NCBI GenBank assembly: GCA_964626205.1
Contig: CAZVED010000001.1
Location: 64,961 to 128,960 of the forward strand
DNA: 64,000 bases
Direction: 5' to 3'
DNA from: an uncultured Gammaproteobacteria bacterium
GTDB lineage: Bacteria; Patescibacteriota; Patescibacteriia; SG8-24
The notes under the pieces are model-generated. The model was not told the DNA's origin. It ran no database searches and saw nothing but the letters and a program-made list of their open reading frames with translations. Shown one piece after another: positions 29,579-37,310 of the stretch; position 1 is the stretch's first letter, and each line of letters opens with the position of its first letter. A program made the position numbers and the translations under genes.

Positions 29579-29607
29579 AATGTATCACATTTTGATGCTT
29601 TTGTCAA
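29579..29607 (-). promoter_or_regulatory. promoter TTGACA-N17-TACATT (extended TGaTACATT) for the two-peptide operon
   Basis: Consensus -35 with exact 17-nt spacer on the minus strand. Confidence 0.5.
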
Positions 29608-29702
29608 TACTGACGAGCAAGCTTATGAAAGGCGAATTTGCCTCATTTAAGGCTGGTATGGCAGGGGATACCCTGAAGTTTCGTGAGTAGTGCCAGAGAC
29701 TC

Positions 29703-29731
29703 TTGACAGATTCTCCAATTCGTGCTATAGT
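29703..29731 (+). promoter_or_regulatory. near-consensus sigma70 promoter TTGACA-N17-TGCTATAGT
   Basis: TTGACA at 29703-29708, 17-nt spacer, TATAGT at 29726-29731 with a TGC extension. Confidence 0.6.
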
Positions 29732-29737
29732 CCTTTG

Positions 29738-30178
29738 TCAGGCTCGGAACGCACCTTTGACGAAAGACTCCTCCTGGGAAACGTTATGGAGGGGGACCCC
29801 ATCGGACGCATCGCTTCGGCGAAATGTCCATGGTGATGTGGAACGAGGAAGAGCCCGGTTTCGACTGGGGTCTTCCACGAAGAAGCATCGTTGACCAGAG
29901 CAGCGCTTCGGCGCCCACCTCCGGTTTCCGTCTCCATAACGTTCCTCATGAGTTCGGGCCACGAAAGCCTGTCGGTTGATGTCTGCCATTTGGCCGCCGT
30001 CATTTGGACTTATGAGGATTATTTTTCCACCGCGCCCTGCCACCCACCCCGCTCCCTCATCCTCTCGAAGGCTCTCATGATGGCGGTGCTGACCCCACCG
30101 CGTACCGTGAGATCCTCATCGCTTAGCTGCCGGCCAGGTAGCATCCCCTCCGTTGTCTAGACGGGGGGTGATTTTTTA
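29738..30178 (+). ncRNA. candidate structured non-coding RNA (~440 nt), identity unassigned
   Basis: Promoter-to-terminator unit without a credible ORF. UUCG tetraloop hairpins (catcgc-UUCG-gcgaaa, gcgc-UUCG-gcgc). Terminator stem ccccuccgu/acgggggg at 30145-30168 followed by U6. Confidence 0.45.
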
Positions 30179-30203
30179 TATGGTGTTTTTTGCTCTCGTC
30201 AGC

Positions 30204-30274
30204 GGTCTGTCAGAGAGGGCTTTCGGCAAGGCGGCTCCAACTTTAGCCTCGCCGAAAGCCCTCTCCGACAGACC
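30204..30274. repeat. long palindromic element (24-bp arms, 23/24 matched)
   Basis: ggtctgtcagagagggctttcggc ... gccgaaagccctctccgacagacc with a 23-nt loop. Confidence 0.6.
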
Positions 30275-30355
30275 ACACGAGGCCGCGTCAACTTGATGTC
30301 TCATCCCGTTCCGGTCAGATACAGAGCGAGGATTTTTGCGGACTGCCGTCCCTAC

Positions 30356-30461
30356 TGTGTCATTGCGAGGGTCGACGTACTCGTCGGCCCGAAGCAATCC
30401 CGTTTCGAGATTGCTCGGGATTGCTTCGGGGTCTGAGTACAGACCCACTCGCAATGACACA
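30356..30461. repeat. compound palindromic element with TGTGTCATTGCGAG core
   Basis: Outer 14-bp perfect IR tgtgtcattgcgag/ctcgcaatgacaca. Inner IR gcccgaagcaatcccg/cgggattgcttcgggg (16 bp) and gtactc/gagtac. Shares core and sub-arms with 23560-23600. Confidence 0.6.
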
Positions 30462-30472
30462 ATAAAATAGGC

Positions 30473-30501
30473 TTGAAGGTATCTTTTAAGCGTGTTACTG
30501 T
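30473..30501 (+). promoter_or_regulatory. putative promoter TTGAAG-N17-TACTGT for glyQS, giving a near-leaderless mRNA
   Basis: -10 box ends 10 nt before ATG 30511. No Shine-Dalgarno. Confidence 0.35.
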
Positions 30502-30510
30502 TCGTGAACT

Positions 30511-31893
30511 ATGCCAGCCTCCTCAATGGATCAGATTATCACTTTGTCGAAGCGCCGCGGCTTCGTTTTCCCTGGCTCCGACATCTACGGTGGCCTTGCG
30601 AACTCGTGGGACTACGGCCCACTCGGTGTCGAGCTCAAGAACAATCTCCGCGACTGGTGGTGGAAGCGGTTCGTGCACGGACGCCGCGACATGGTCGGTA
30701 TCGATGCCGCGGTCATCATGAACCCCAAGGTTTGGGAAGCGTCCGGTCACGTCGCTGGCTTTAACGATCCGCTCGTCGAGGACTTGAAGACCCACAAACG
30801 CTACCGCGCCGACCATCTTCTGGAGCAGGCGCTCAACCGATCCGTGGACGGCTTGTCGACCGCGGACCTCGCGAAGCTTATCGTCGACAACGACGTGAAG
30901 TCGCCGGACGGCAATCCGCTTTCCGAGCCGAAGGTGTTCAACCTGCTCATGCAGACCGAGCTCGGCAAGATCGAGGGCGAAAAGACGGCGGTGTACCTCC
31001 GCGGCGAAATCGCGCAGGCCATGTTCGTGAACTTCAAGAACATCACGGACACGCAGCGCGTGAAGCTGCCGTTCGGCATCGCGTCGGTCGGCAAGGCCTT
31101 CCGCAACGAGATCACGCCCGGTAACTTCATCTTCCGCACACTCGAGTTCGATTTGATGGAGTTCGAGTATTTCATCCGCGAGAAGGACTGGCAGGAACAG
31201 TTCGAGTTCTGGCTCGGCGAGATGCGTTCCTGGCTCAAAGAGATGGGTTTCAAAGACGAGAGCACGCGCGTGCGCGAGCATGAACAGGACGAGCTTTCCC
31301 ACTACAGCAGGCGCACGGTCGACATCGAGTACAAGACGCCGTTCGGTTGGAAGGAGATGTTCGGACTGGCCTACCGTACGGATTTCGACCTCAAGGCGCA
31401 CATGGAGCATTCCGGACAGGACATGCGGTATTTCGACCAGGAAGCCAACGAGCGCTTCATCCCGCATGTCATCGAGCCGACGTTCGGCTTGTCCCGCCTC
31501 GTGCTCATGACTATGATCGAGGCATACGATGAGGAAGAGGTAAGGGATACCGAAGGAAACGTCGAGACGCGCACGGTGATGCGCTTCCATCCGCGCATCG
31601 CGCCGTACAAGGCCGCGGTGCTGCCGCTTTTCAAGAAGGAAGGCCAGCCGGAGCGCGCAAAGGAAATCTGGGAGAAGCTCTCGCGCCGTTGGAACGTGGA
31701 ATACGACGAGACGCAGTCCATTGGCAAGCGCTACCGCCGTCAGGACGAGATCGGCACGCCGTTCTGCATCACGGTCGATTTCGACACGGCGAATGACGAC
31801 GCGGTCACTGTGCGCCATCGCGACGCCATGACGCAGGAACGCGTGAAGATCACGGAGCTTGAGGCGTACCTCGCTGAACGCATCGAGGCATGA
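30511..31893 (+). CDS. glyQS: glycyl-tRNA synthetase, dimeric (alpha2) class II type
   Basis: N-terminus QIITLSKRRGFVFPGSDIYGGLANSWDYGPLGVELKNN. 460 aa with class II motifs. Eukaryotic/archaeal-type GlyRS as found in many bacteria. Confidence 0.9.
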   Translation: MPASSMDQIITLSKRRGFVFPGSDIYGGLANSWDYGPLGVELKNNLRDWWWKRFVHGRRDMVGIDAAVIMNPKVWEASGHVAGFNDPLVEDLKTHKRYRADHLLEQALNRSVDGLSTADLAKLIVDNDVKSPDGNPLSEPKVFNLLMQTELGKIEGEKTAVYLRGEIAQAMFVNFKNITDTQRVKLPFGIASVGKAFRNEITPGNFIFRTLEFDLMEFEYFIREKDWQEQFEFWLGEMRSWLKEMGFKDESTRVREHEQDELSHYSRRTVDIEYKTPFGWKEMFGLAYRTDFDLKAHMEHSGQDMRYFDQEANERFIPHVIEPTFGLSRLVLMTMIEAYDEEEVRDTEGNVETRTVMRFHPRIAPYKAAVLPLFKKEGQPERAKEIWEKLSRRWNVEYDETQSIGKRYRRQDEIGTPFCITVDFDTANDDAVTVRHRDAMTQERVKITELEAYLAERIEA

Positions 31894-33182
31894 ACGCGCC
31901 GAAGCAACTCACGCTCGCGAACGGTACGAGGGTCGTTCTCGTCCGCAACGACGAGGCCACGGCAGTGACTCTGCTCGTGATGTTCGCCGTCGGTTCCCGG
32001 TATGAGACGCGTGCCGTGAACGGCGCCGCGCATTTCATCGAACACCTGATGTTCAAAGGCACCAAGAAGCGCCCCAACACCATGACGATCTCGCGTGAGC
32101 TCGACGGTGTCGGCGCGGACTACAATGCTTTTACGAGCAAGGACTATACCGGCTACTACATCCGTCTCCAGGCCGAAAAATTACCGCTCGCCGCGGACAT
32201 GCTCTCCGACATGCTGTACGGCTCGTTGTTCCGCGAGAAGGACGTCGATGCCGAACGTCAGGTCATCAACGAGGAGATCCGCATGTACGAGGACAATCCA
32301 TCCTCCGCAACAGAGGAACGCATGGAAGAGGACCTGTTCCGCACGTCGCCGCTCGGGTGGCGCATCGCCGGCTCCGAGAAGTCGCTCGCCGGCATCACGC
32401 GCAAAGAGCTCATGGCGTTCCGTGACCGGTACTATGTTCCGTCGCGCACGGTCATCTCCGTCGCCGGAAGGTTCGACGAGGAACACGTGCTGCGTGTGCT
32501 CAATGCCACGTTTGGCGCGCGGAAGAACGGCGCGCATGGCCGCGAAGCCGTGCAGTTCAGCGCGGCGAAGGAGAAATGGGTCGCGCCGCGCATCAGCGTG
32601 GTGCATCGCTCAATCGAGCAGGCGAGCCTCGCCATCGGCTTCCCCGCATACGGCTACACCGACCCGCGCCTCCCGGCGCTCAAGGTACTCTCGACGATTC
32701 TCGGCGGGACGATGTCGTCGCGGCTCTTCATGTCCGTCCGTGAGAAACACGGGTTGTGTTATTCCATCAGCTCTGGCGTGAGCCCGTTCCACGAGACGGG
32801 GTTCTTTTCTGTGCAGTCCGGACTCGCCAAGGATCGCGTGCACAAGGCGCTGACGCTCATCATGAAGGAACTCAAGCGCATCAGGGACGCAAAGGTCACG
32901 GTCGAGGAATTGGCGCGTGCACAGGAGAATCTCAAAGGACGCCTCATGCTCTCCATGGAAAGCTCCAACGCCATGGCCGACTGGTACGCTCGGCAGGAGC
33001 TGCTCACCGGACGCGTGGAATCCCCGGAGGCGCGCATTGCCAGGTATGCCAAGGTCACGCGTGAGGACATTCAACGCGTAGCCAAGGACGTCCTTCGTCC
33101 GTCGAGAATGACGATGACTGTTCTTGGGGCGTATGCTGAGACGGATCACGAAACGTTCAAACGTCATATTACCGCGCTCTAA
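31890..33182 (+). CDS. M16 family zinc peptidase (pitrilysin/insulinase-like)
   Basis: Inverted zincin motif HFIEHLMFKGT (HxxEH) plus downstream Glu region. ATGA overlap with glyQS. 430 aa. Confidence 0.8.
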   Translation: MNAPKQLTLANGTRVVLVRNDEATAVTLLVMFAVGSRYETRAVNGAAHFIEHLMFKGTKKRPNTMTISRELDGVGADYNAFTSKDYTGYYIRLQAEKLPLAADMLSDMLYGSLFREKDVDAERQVINEEIRMYEDNPSSATEERMEEDLFRTSPLGWRIAGSEKSLAGITRKELMAFRDRYYVPSRTVISVAGRFDEEHVLRVLNATFGARKNGAHGREAVQFSAAKEKWVAPRISVVHRSIEQASLAIGFPAYGYTDPRLPALKVLSTILGGTMSSRLFMSVREKHGLCYSISSGVSPFHETGFFSVQSGLAKDRVHKALTLIMKELKRIRDAKVTVEELARAQENLKGRLMLSMESSNAMADWYARQELLTGRVESPEARIARYAKVTREDIQRVAKDVLRPSRMTMTVLGAYAETDHETFKRHITAL

Positions 33183-33185
33183 CCT

Positions 33186-33962
33186 ATGCAGTACCTTATC
33201 GCCAACTGGAAGATGCAGTTCAACGAAGCCGAGTCCGAGGCTGCCGCACGAGAGACCGTACGCCTGTGGTCTGCGCAAGCCGATCGTTCTCGTTCGGTTG
33301 CCGTGGTCCTCTGCCCAGGTGCCGAAGCTTTAGATGAGGTTGCTGCCGTGACACGCGGAACGAACGTCGCGTTGGGAGGACAGGATGCGTTCTGGGAAGA
33401 AAAGGGAGCCTACACCGGAGAGATTTCCCCGGTTTCCCTGAAGCAGGTCGGGTGCGAGTACTGCATCGTCGGGCATTCCGAGCGACGGGAGCATCTTGGT
33501 GAGACCGACGCGATGGTCGCCAAGAAGGTTGCGGCGCTTTTACGGCACGGCATCGTGCCGGTCGTTTGCGTCGGTGAAACGCGTGAAGACCGCGATGCCG
33601 GACGGCACACGTCGACGGTCATTGCGCAGGTCCGCGCGGCGCTTGCAGGGAACGTTCCCGTGGGCGCACAACGGGTCATTGTCGCTTACGAGCCACGGTG
33701 GGCAATCGGCACCGGCAAGGCCTGTTCGCCGGATGTTGCTGCAGAGATGACGCACCTCATCCGCGAAACATTGAGCGAGCTCTATTCCGCGGACGTCGTC
33801 CAGAACCAGTGTGCTGTCCTGTATGGCGGCTCCACGGATGCCGACAATATCGGCGCCTATGCCGACGTGCATGCCATTGATGGCGCGCTCGTGGGCGGCG
33901 CGTCCTTGAAGCCTGCGACGTTCGTGCGGATGGCGGAAGTGCTCGCAGACAAGGCGGTCTGA
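33186..33962 (+). CDS. tpiA: triosephosphate isomerase
   Basis: N-terminus IANWKMQ, catalytic region IVGHSERR, YGGS near the C-terminus. 258 aa. Confidence 0.9.
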   Translation: MQYLIANWKMQFNEAESEAAARETVRLWSAQADRSRSVAVVLCPGAEALDEVAAVTRGTNVALGGQDAFWEEKGAYTGEISPVSLKQVGCEYCIVGHSERREHLGETDAMVAKKVAALLRHGIVPVVCVGETREDRDAGRHTSTVIAQVRAALAGNVPVGAQRVIVAYEPRWAIGTGKACSPDVAAEMTHLIRETLSELYSADVVQNQCAVLYGGSTDADNIGAYADVHAIDGALVGGASLKPATFVRMAEVLADKAV

Positions 33963-33964
33963 GT

Positions 33965-34768
33965 ATGTGGTTCTACGTCGTCATCTTCGGCGTCATTGTC
34001 GCAGCTGCCGCCTACGCCGCGTTCATTGTCGTGCGGAAGTTTCCGCAGCTTTCGCTTATCGACACAGCATCGCTTCCGCAGGAACGTGAGACGAAGAAAA
34101 AGAAGGATATTATCCGTGAGCGCGTCCGGACGGGAATGCTCGCATGGTGGAAGCGTGTCGTAGTGCGTGTCTCGCCGGTTGTGTGGGATATCCGGACGCG
34201 GTACCGCAAGGCGTTCGCGCGCGTGCTGCGGCTCGATTACAAGTACCGCCGCCAGCGGCCAAAGCGGCTCGCGCCGGAGAAGGTTATAAAGAAGGTCGCC
34301 GCGCTCATGCGGGAAGCGCAGGAGCATGCGGATGCTGAAGACTACCATGAGGCAGAGCGGTCGTTGCTCCACGTGATACGGCTGGACCCAAGGAACGCCG
34401 AGGCGTACGGTCTGTTGGGCGATACGTACATGAAGGACCGGCAGTTCGCCCACGCGAAGGAGACCTTCGGATTCCTCGTGACGATGCGGGAAAAAGGCGA
34501 GGATATCGCGGACCTTGGGCAGGAGTACGTCCGGTACGGCCTTGCCTGCGAGGAGCTGGGGGAGCTAGCCGGGGCCCTCGAAGCCTATGAGATGGCGGTC
34601 TCCCTCGAGCCTTTGAACCCCAGGTACCTTGATTTGTTGTTGGAGGCGTGTATACTGGAAGGCGACCAAATCCGCGCCCGGGAAACCCTGGAGAAGCTCC
34701 GTGAGGTGAATCCGTTGAATCAGAAGCTCGATCAGCTTGAGCGGAAGGTCGACGAGATGCGTCCGTGA
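33965..34768 (+). CDS. membrane-anchored TPR-repeat protein
   Basis: N-terminal transmembrane helix, basic linker, then TPR-like repeats (AEAYGLLGDTYMKDRQFAHAKETF..., LGELAGALEAYEMAVSLEPLNP). Confidence 0.6.
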   Translation: MWFYVVIFGVIVAAAAYAAFIVVRKFPQLSLIDTASLPQERETKKKKDIIRERVRTGMLAWWKRVVVRVSPVVWDIRTRYRKAFARVLRLDYKYRRQRPKRLAPEKVIKKVAALMREAQEHADAEDYHEAERSLLHVIRLDPRNAEAYGLLGDTYMKDRQFAHAKETFGFLVTMREKGEDIADLGQEYVRYGLACEELGELAGALEAYEMAVSLEPLNPRYLDLLLEACILEGDQIRARETLEKLREVNPLNQKLDQLERKVDEMRP

Positions 34769-34776
34769 CCCGTCAC

Positions 34777-34852
34777 GCCACCTTAGCTCAGCTGGTAGAG
34801 CAACACTTTTGTAAAGTGAAGGTCCCGGGTTCGATCCCCGGAGGTGGCTCCA
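34777..34852 (+). tRNA. tRNA-Thr (anticodon UGU)
   Basis: Cloverleaf: acceptor GCCACCU/AGGUGGC, anticodon loop UUUGUAA, T-arm CCGGG-UUCGAUC-CCCGG, CCA encoded. Confidence 0.88.
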
Positions 34853-34902
34853 CTCACGTCCGCGATAAGGTCGACGACAATCGAAAACGGCATTTTTCAC
34901 GT

Positions 34903-34987
34903 GGGCCGGTACCCAAGCGGTCAAAGGGGGCGGACTGTAAATCCGCTGGCATCGCCTTCGAAGGTTCGAATCCTTCCCGTCCCACCA
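34903..34987 (+). tRNA. tRNA-Tyr (anticodon GUA), class II with long variable arm
   Basis: Anticodon stem-loop GCGGA-CUGUAAA-UCCGC, long variable arm, T-arm GAAGG-UUCGAAU-CCUUC, CCA encoded. One C:U mismatch in the acceptor stem. Confidence 0.85.
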
Positions 34988-34990
34988 CAT

Positions 34991-35066
34991 GCCGACGTAG
35001 CTCAGTTGGTAGAGCATCTCCATGGTAAGGAGAAGGTCACCGGTTCGATTCCGGTCGTCGGCTCCA
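34991..35066 (+). tRNA. tRNA-Thr (anticodon GGU)
   Basis: Acceptor GCCGACG/CGUCGGC, anticodon stem-loop UCUCC-AUGGUAA-GGAGA, T-arm ACCGG-UUCGAUU-CCGGU, CCA encoded. Confidence 0.88.
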
Positions 35067-35136
35067 CCCCGTTTCCCGGGGCTGGACACCGTTTTCCGTC
35101 TCTGCTAGGCTGCATCCAATCCAACGAACCACCCCT

Positions 35137-35292
35137 ATGTCACAGGACAACCTGATCAAGCTCGAATGCACCAGCTGCAAGCGGGTGAACTACTTCTCCA
35201 ACAAGAACAAGAAGAAGCTCAAGGAGCGCATGGAGCTGGCGAAGTTCTGCAAGCACTGCAAGAAGCACGAGAACCACAAGGAAACGAAGTAA
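35137..35292 (+). CDS. rpmG: 50S ribosomal protein L33
   Basis: 51 aa: MSQDNLIKLECTSCKRVNYFSNKNKKKLKERMELAKFCKHCKKHENHKETK. CxxC...CxxC zinc ribbon. Classic position after the thr-tyr-thr tRNA cluster. Below the ORF track cutoff. Confidence 0.85.
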   Translation: MSQDNLIKLECTSCKRVNYFSNKNKKKLKERMELAKFCKHCKKHENHKETK

Positions 35293-35295
35293 GCC

Positions 35296-35330
35296 ATCGG
35301 ACGGGCCTCGCAAGGGTCCGTTTTCGGTAT
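35296..35330 (+). terminator. probable intrinsic terminator after rpmG
   Basis: cggacgggcc-tcgcaa-gggtccg followed by ttttcgg. Confidence 0.5.
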
Positions 35331-35409
35331 CCATAAGGTGGGGGATTGAACGTTTTCCGGGCGCATGCTAAGCCTGAAGGGTCATCGCTCTTTCGCGACG
35401 AGGTGCACC

Positions 35410-36114
35410 ATGATCGTCTTCCGACGTCTGTTCTCGTTCACCATCATCGTCTTCGCCGCACTGGGGTGCGGGCCCGGTCAAGATGCCTCCTGGGAGGATC
35501 CGCCATCGTACCGGTACGTTCCGGACGGTGCTGCCTGCACGGTGCTTGGCGTCTGGCTGCAGGACGACCCCGACCTCTCTGTCTCGCTCGCCATCGATGG
35601 CTGCGACATGTGGGAGGACGTCGGTATCTGCTGCATGAGCGCTGAGCGCGACGATGCGCATATCCGCATCTACGGGAATCCGCAGCCGTGCCCGCCGTCG
35701 CCGGATGACCCCGAGTCGGTCGTTCTCGCGACCGCATACTCCGGACAGGGGACGGTCGTGGTGAACACGATGTGTCTCGGGCGTCCGTTCGGCCTCGTCG
35801 GCGAGCCGGATCCCGCGCAGTATCGCGTCATGATTGCGCACGAGATCGGGCACGTGCTCGGGGTATGGGACCATGTGCCGGCGACGTGCACGGAGCCGGG
35901 GATACCACTCCATCCCTCCGGCGCACCGGTCTGCGGACCGGCCGTCATGAATCCCATGAATACCCCGTCGCTTCGCGGCCTCACCGGACCGGACATCCTG
36001 CAGTACGATCGCAGGAGCTCGTATGACTCCGTCATTCCGGTGCCACCGGCATCATCCGTGATGCCGACCGGAGCGTCGTCCTGCGACCTGCTCGGTCCAC
36101 CACCTGAGGAATGA
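35410..36114 (+). CDS. metzincin/snapalysin-like zinc metalloprotease lipoprotein
   Basis: Lipobox FAALGC. HEIGHVLGVWDH (HExxHxxGxxD/H), downstream VMNPMN as a possible Met-turn. Many Cys. Confidence 0.6.
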   Translation: MIVFRRLFSFTIIVFAALGCGPGQDASWEDPPSYRYVPDGAACTVLGVWLQDDPDLSVSLAIDGCDMWEDVGICCMSAERDDAHIRIYGNPQPCPPSPDDPESVVLATAYSGQGTVVVNTMCLGRPFGLVGEPDPAQYRVMIAHEIGHVLGVWDHVPATCTEPGIPLHPSGAPVCGPAVMNPMNTPSLRGLTGPDILQYDRRSSYDSVIPVPPASSVMPTGASSCDLLGPPPEE

Positions 36115-36128
36115 CGCACATAAGAAAA

Positions 36129-36163
36129 GACCCGTCTCACATCGTGAGACGGGTCGTTTTTTT
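36129..36163. terminator. bidirectional intrinsic terminator
   Basis: gacccgtctcac-atcg-tgagacgggtc followed by ttttttt. Overlaps the minus-strand stop at 36163. Confidence 0.8.
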
Positions 36164-36696
36164 CAGTGTGGGGCGTCTTTGCGGACTTCCGGGGGAGGAA
36201 GGTCGTAGAGGCGGTAACGGTCGGTGGGGTTGTGGAGTGTCCCTCCGCCACCTCCGCGCCGAGCACGTCGTTTCGTGCGTTCCAAGACGACAGGGTGGCC
36301 TTTCTTGACCCGCTCCATGCCTTCCTGGACGAGCTTGTGCAGCTCGCGGGAATAGGGGAGCACGTAGGCGCGTGGTGTCCCGCGCGGGTAGTCGCGGTCC
36401 GCATCCTTGCCGAGCGGAACGAGCCAGAGATGGATGCGTCCAGGGTCGCCTTTTCCGGCATCTCCGGGTTCGTGGATGACCGCCCATTGCAGGAGTGATT
36501 TCCCCGGCACATCGGCAGAGGTCGGCCAGCCCATGAGGCTGTCCATGGATCCCCAGACCGCGATGCCGAAGCTCGGGATGACGACGATGAGCGCGAGTTT
36601 CACTTTCCATGAGCCGCGCGCACCGATGAGAATCCAGAGGAGCAATCCCGCGATGGCGATGAATGCCGCTGCGAAGACGAACGTGGAGAGGGTCAT
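36163..36696 (-). CDS. hypothetical membrane protein (177 aa), last gene of the ExbB-ExbD operon
   Basis: ATGA overlap with the exbD-like stop. Two N-terminal transmembrane helices, periplasmic/extracellular tail with a G5 run. No TonB proline-rich region. Confidence 0.5.
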   Translation of the reverse strand: MTLSTFVFAAAFIAIAGLLLWILIGARGSWKVKLALIVVIPSFGIAVWGSMDSLMGWPTSADVPGKSLLQWAVIHEPGDAGKGDPGRIHLWLVPLGKDADRDYPRGTPRAYVLPYSRELHKLVQEGMERVKKGHPVVLERTKRRARRGGGGGTLHNPTDRYRLYDLPPPEVRKDAPH

Positions 36697-37310
36697 GGCG
36701 TCGCTCCTTGGCCGCCGATGAGGCGGCGCGGCAGGTCGTTCACGTCGGTGACTTGCTCATGCTCGTCGATGGTCATGCGGAACGCGGTGCGTTCTTCTCC
36801 GGGATCGGTGAGAACGAGCTCGCGATGCACAACGGCGTCGTGCGTGCCGTCCATACGGTAGAGCGCGACGATGACCGGTGTTGGCTTGCTGCCGTCGCGC
36901 TTGGCGAAGACATGGACATTGACGACGTATTCACCGGGGATGATACCACGCATGATGACGCGTTCTTCGTTCTTTTCGGCAACGATGGTTGCGCCGGACG
37001 AAGTGCGTGCGGTGTCTGCGCTCCTGCCGAGGTCGTCGCGCTCCAGGTGGAGTAGCGCGGTCTTCGGCTTGGAGAAGTAGACGATACTTCGTTCCGGATC
37101 CATGACGTAGAGATCGATGTCGTCGTCCGAGTCCGCGGGCCACTCCAGTACGATGGCGAAGATACCGTCGGTTTCGATGGTCGGTTTCTTCGGCGGCGTT
37201 TCCGGGCGCACTTCCGCGAGCGCGGCGACGAAGAGGACGAAGACGGTGATCAGCGTGCAGGTCATGAGGTCGACCATGGGCACGTAGATGTTCACTTCAC
37301 GACGACGCAT
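36693..37310 (-). CDS. ExbD/TolR-family biopolymer transport protein (extended C-terminus)
   Basis: AGGAGG Shine-Dalgarno then ATG 37310. N-terminus MRRREVNIYVPMVDLMTCTLITVFVLFVAA is the typical ExbD/TolR anchor. The track's 53-codon N-terminal extension is rejected. Confidence 0.65.
   Translation of the reverse strand: MRRREVNIYVPMVDLMTCTLITVFVLFVAALAEVRPETPPKKPTIETDGIFAIVLEWPADSDDDIDLYVMDPERSIVYFSKPKTALLHLERDDLGRSADTARTSSGATIVAEKNEERVIMRGIIPGEYVVNVHVFAKRDGSKPTPVIVALYRMDGTHDAVVHRELVLTDPGEERTAFRMTIDEHEQVTDVNDLPRRLIGGQGATP

Noticed and set aside
29274-29588. Track ORF of 104 aa (and overlapping 64-aa ORF) read as a single protein
   Set aside because: The N-terminal half is R/H/P-rich junk. 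It resolves into two Shine-Dalgarno/ATG-initiated small hydrophobic ORFs in different frames with a TGATG junction.
29738-30178. Assigning the candidate RNA as tmRNA, RNase P RNA, SRP RNA or a T-box leader
   Set aside because: The conserved P4 strands (RNase P), the 5' GGGG...GGAUUCGAC plus 3' T-arm/tag frame (tmRNA), the domain IV AGCAG/GAAGG motif (SRP) and the T-box GGGUGGnACCGCG were not found on either strand; only partial matches. The terminator is also 330 nt before glyQS, so it is not an attenuator of that gene.
30523-31818. 431-aa minus-strand ORF antisense to glyQS; likewise 38300-39613 antisense to typA, 52041-53441 antisense to the HD gene, 17205-18428, 12703-13794, 35670-36512, 47262-48233, 50976-51938
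   Set aside because: All overlap strongly supported genes on the opposite strand and show R/A/P-rich antisense composition with no domain signatures.
34852-34903. A fourth tRNA (for example Gly) between tRNA-Thr and tRNA-Tyr, as in the classical thrT-tyrU-glyT-thrU cluster
   Set aside because: The 50-nt spacer is too short and shows no cloverleaf. Only three tRNAs are present.
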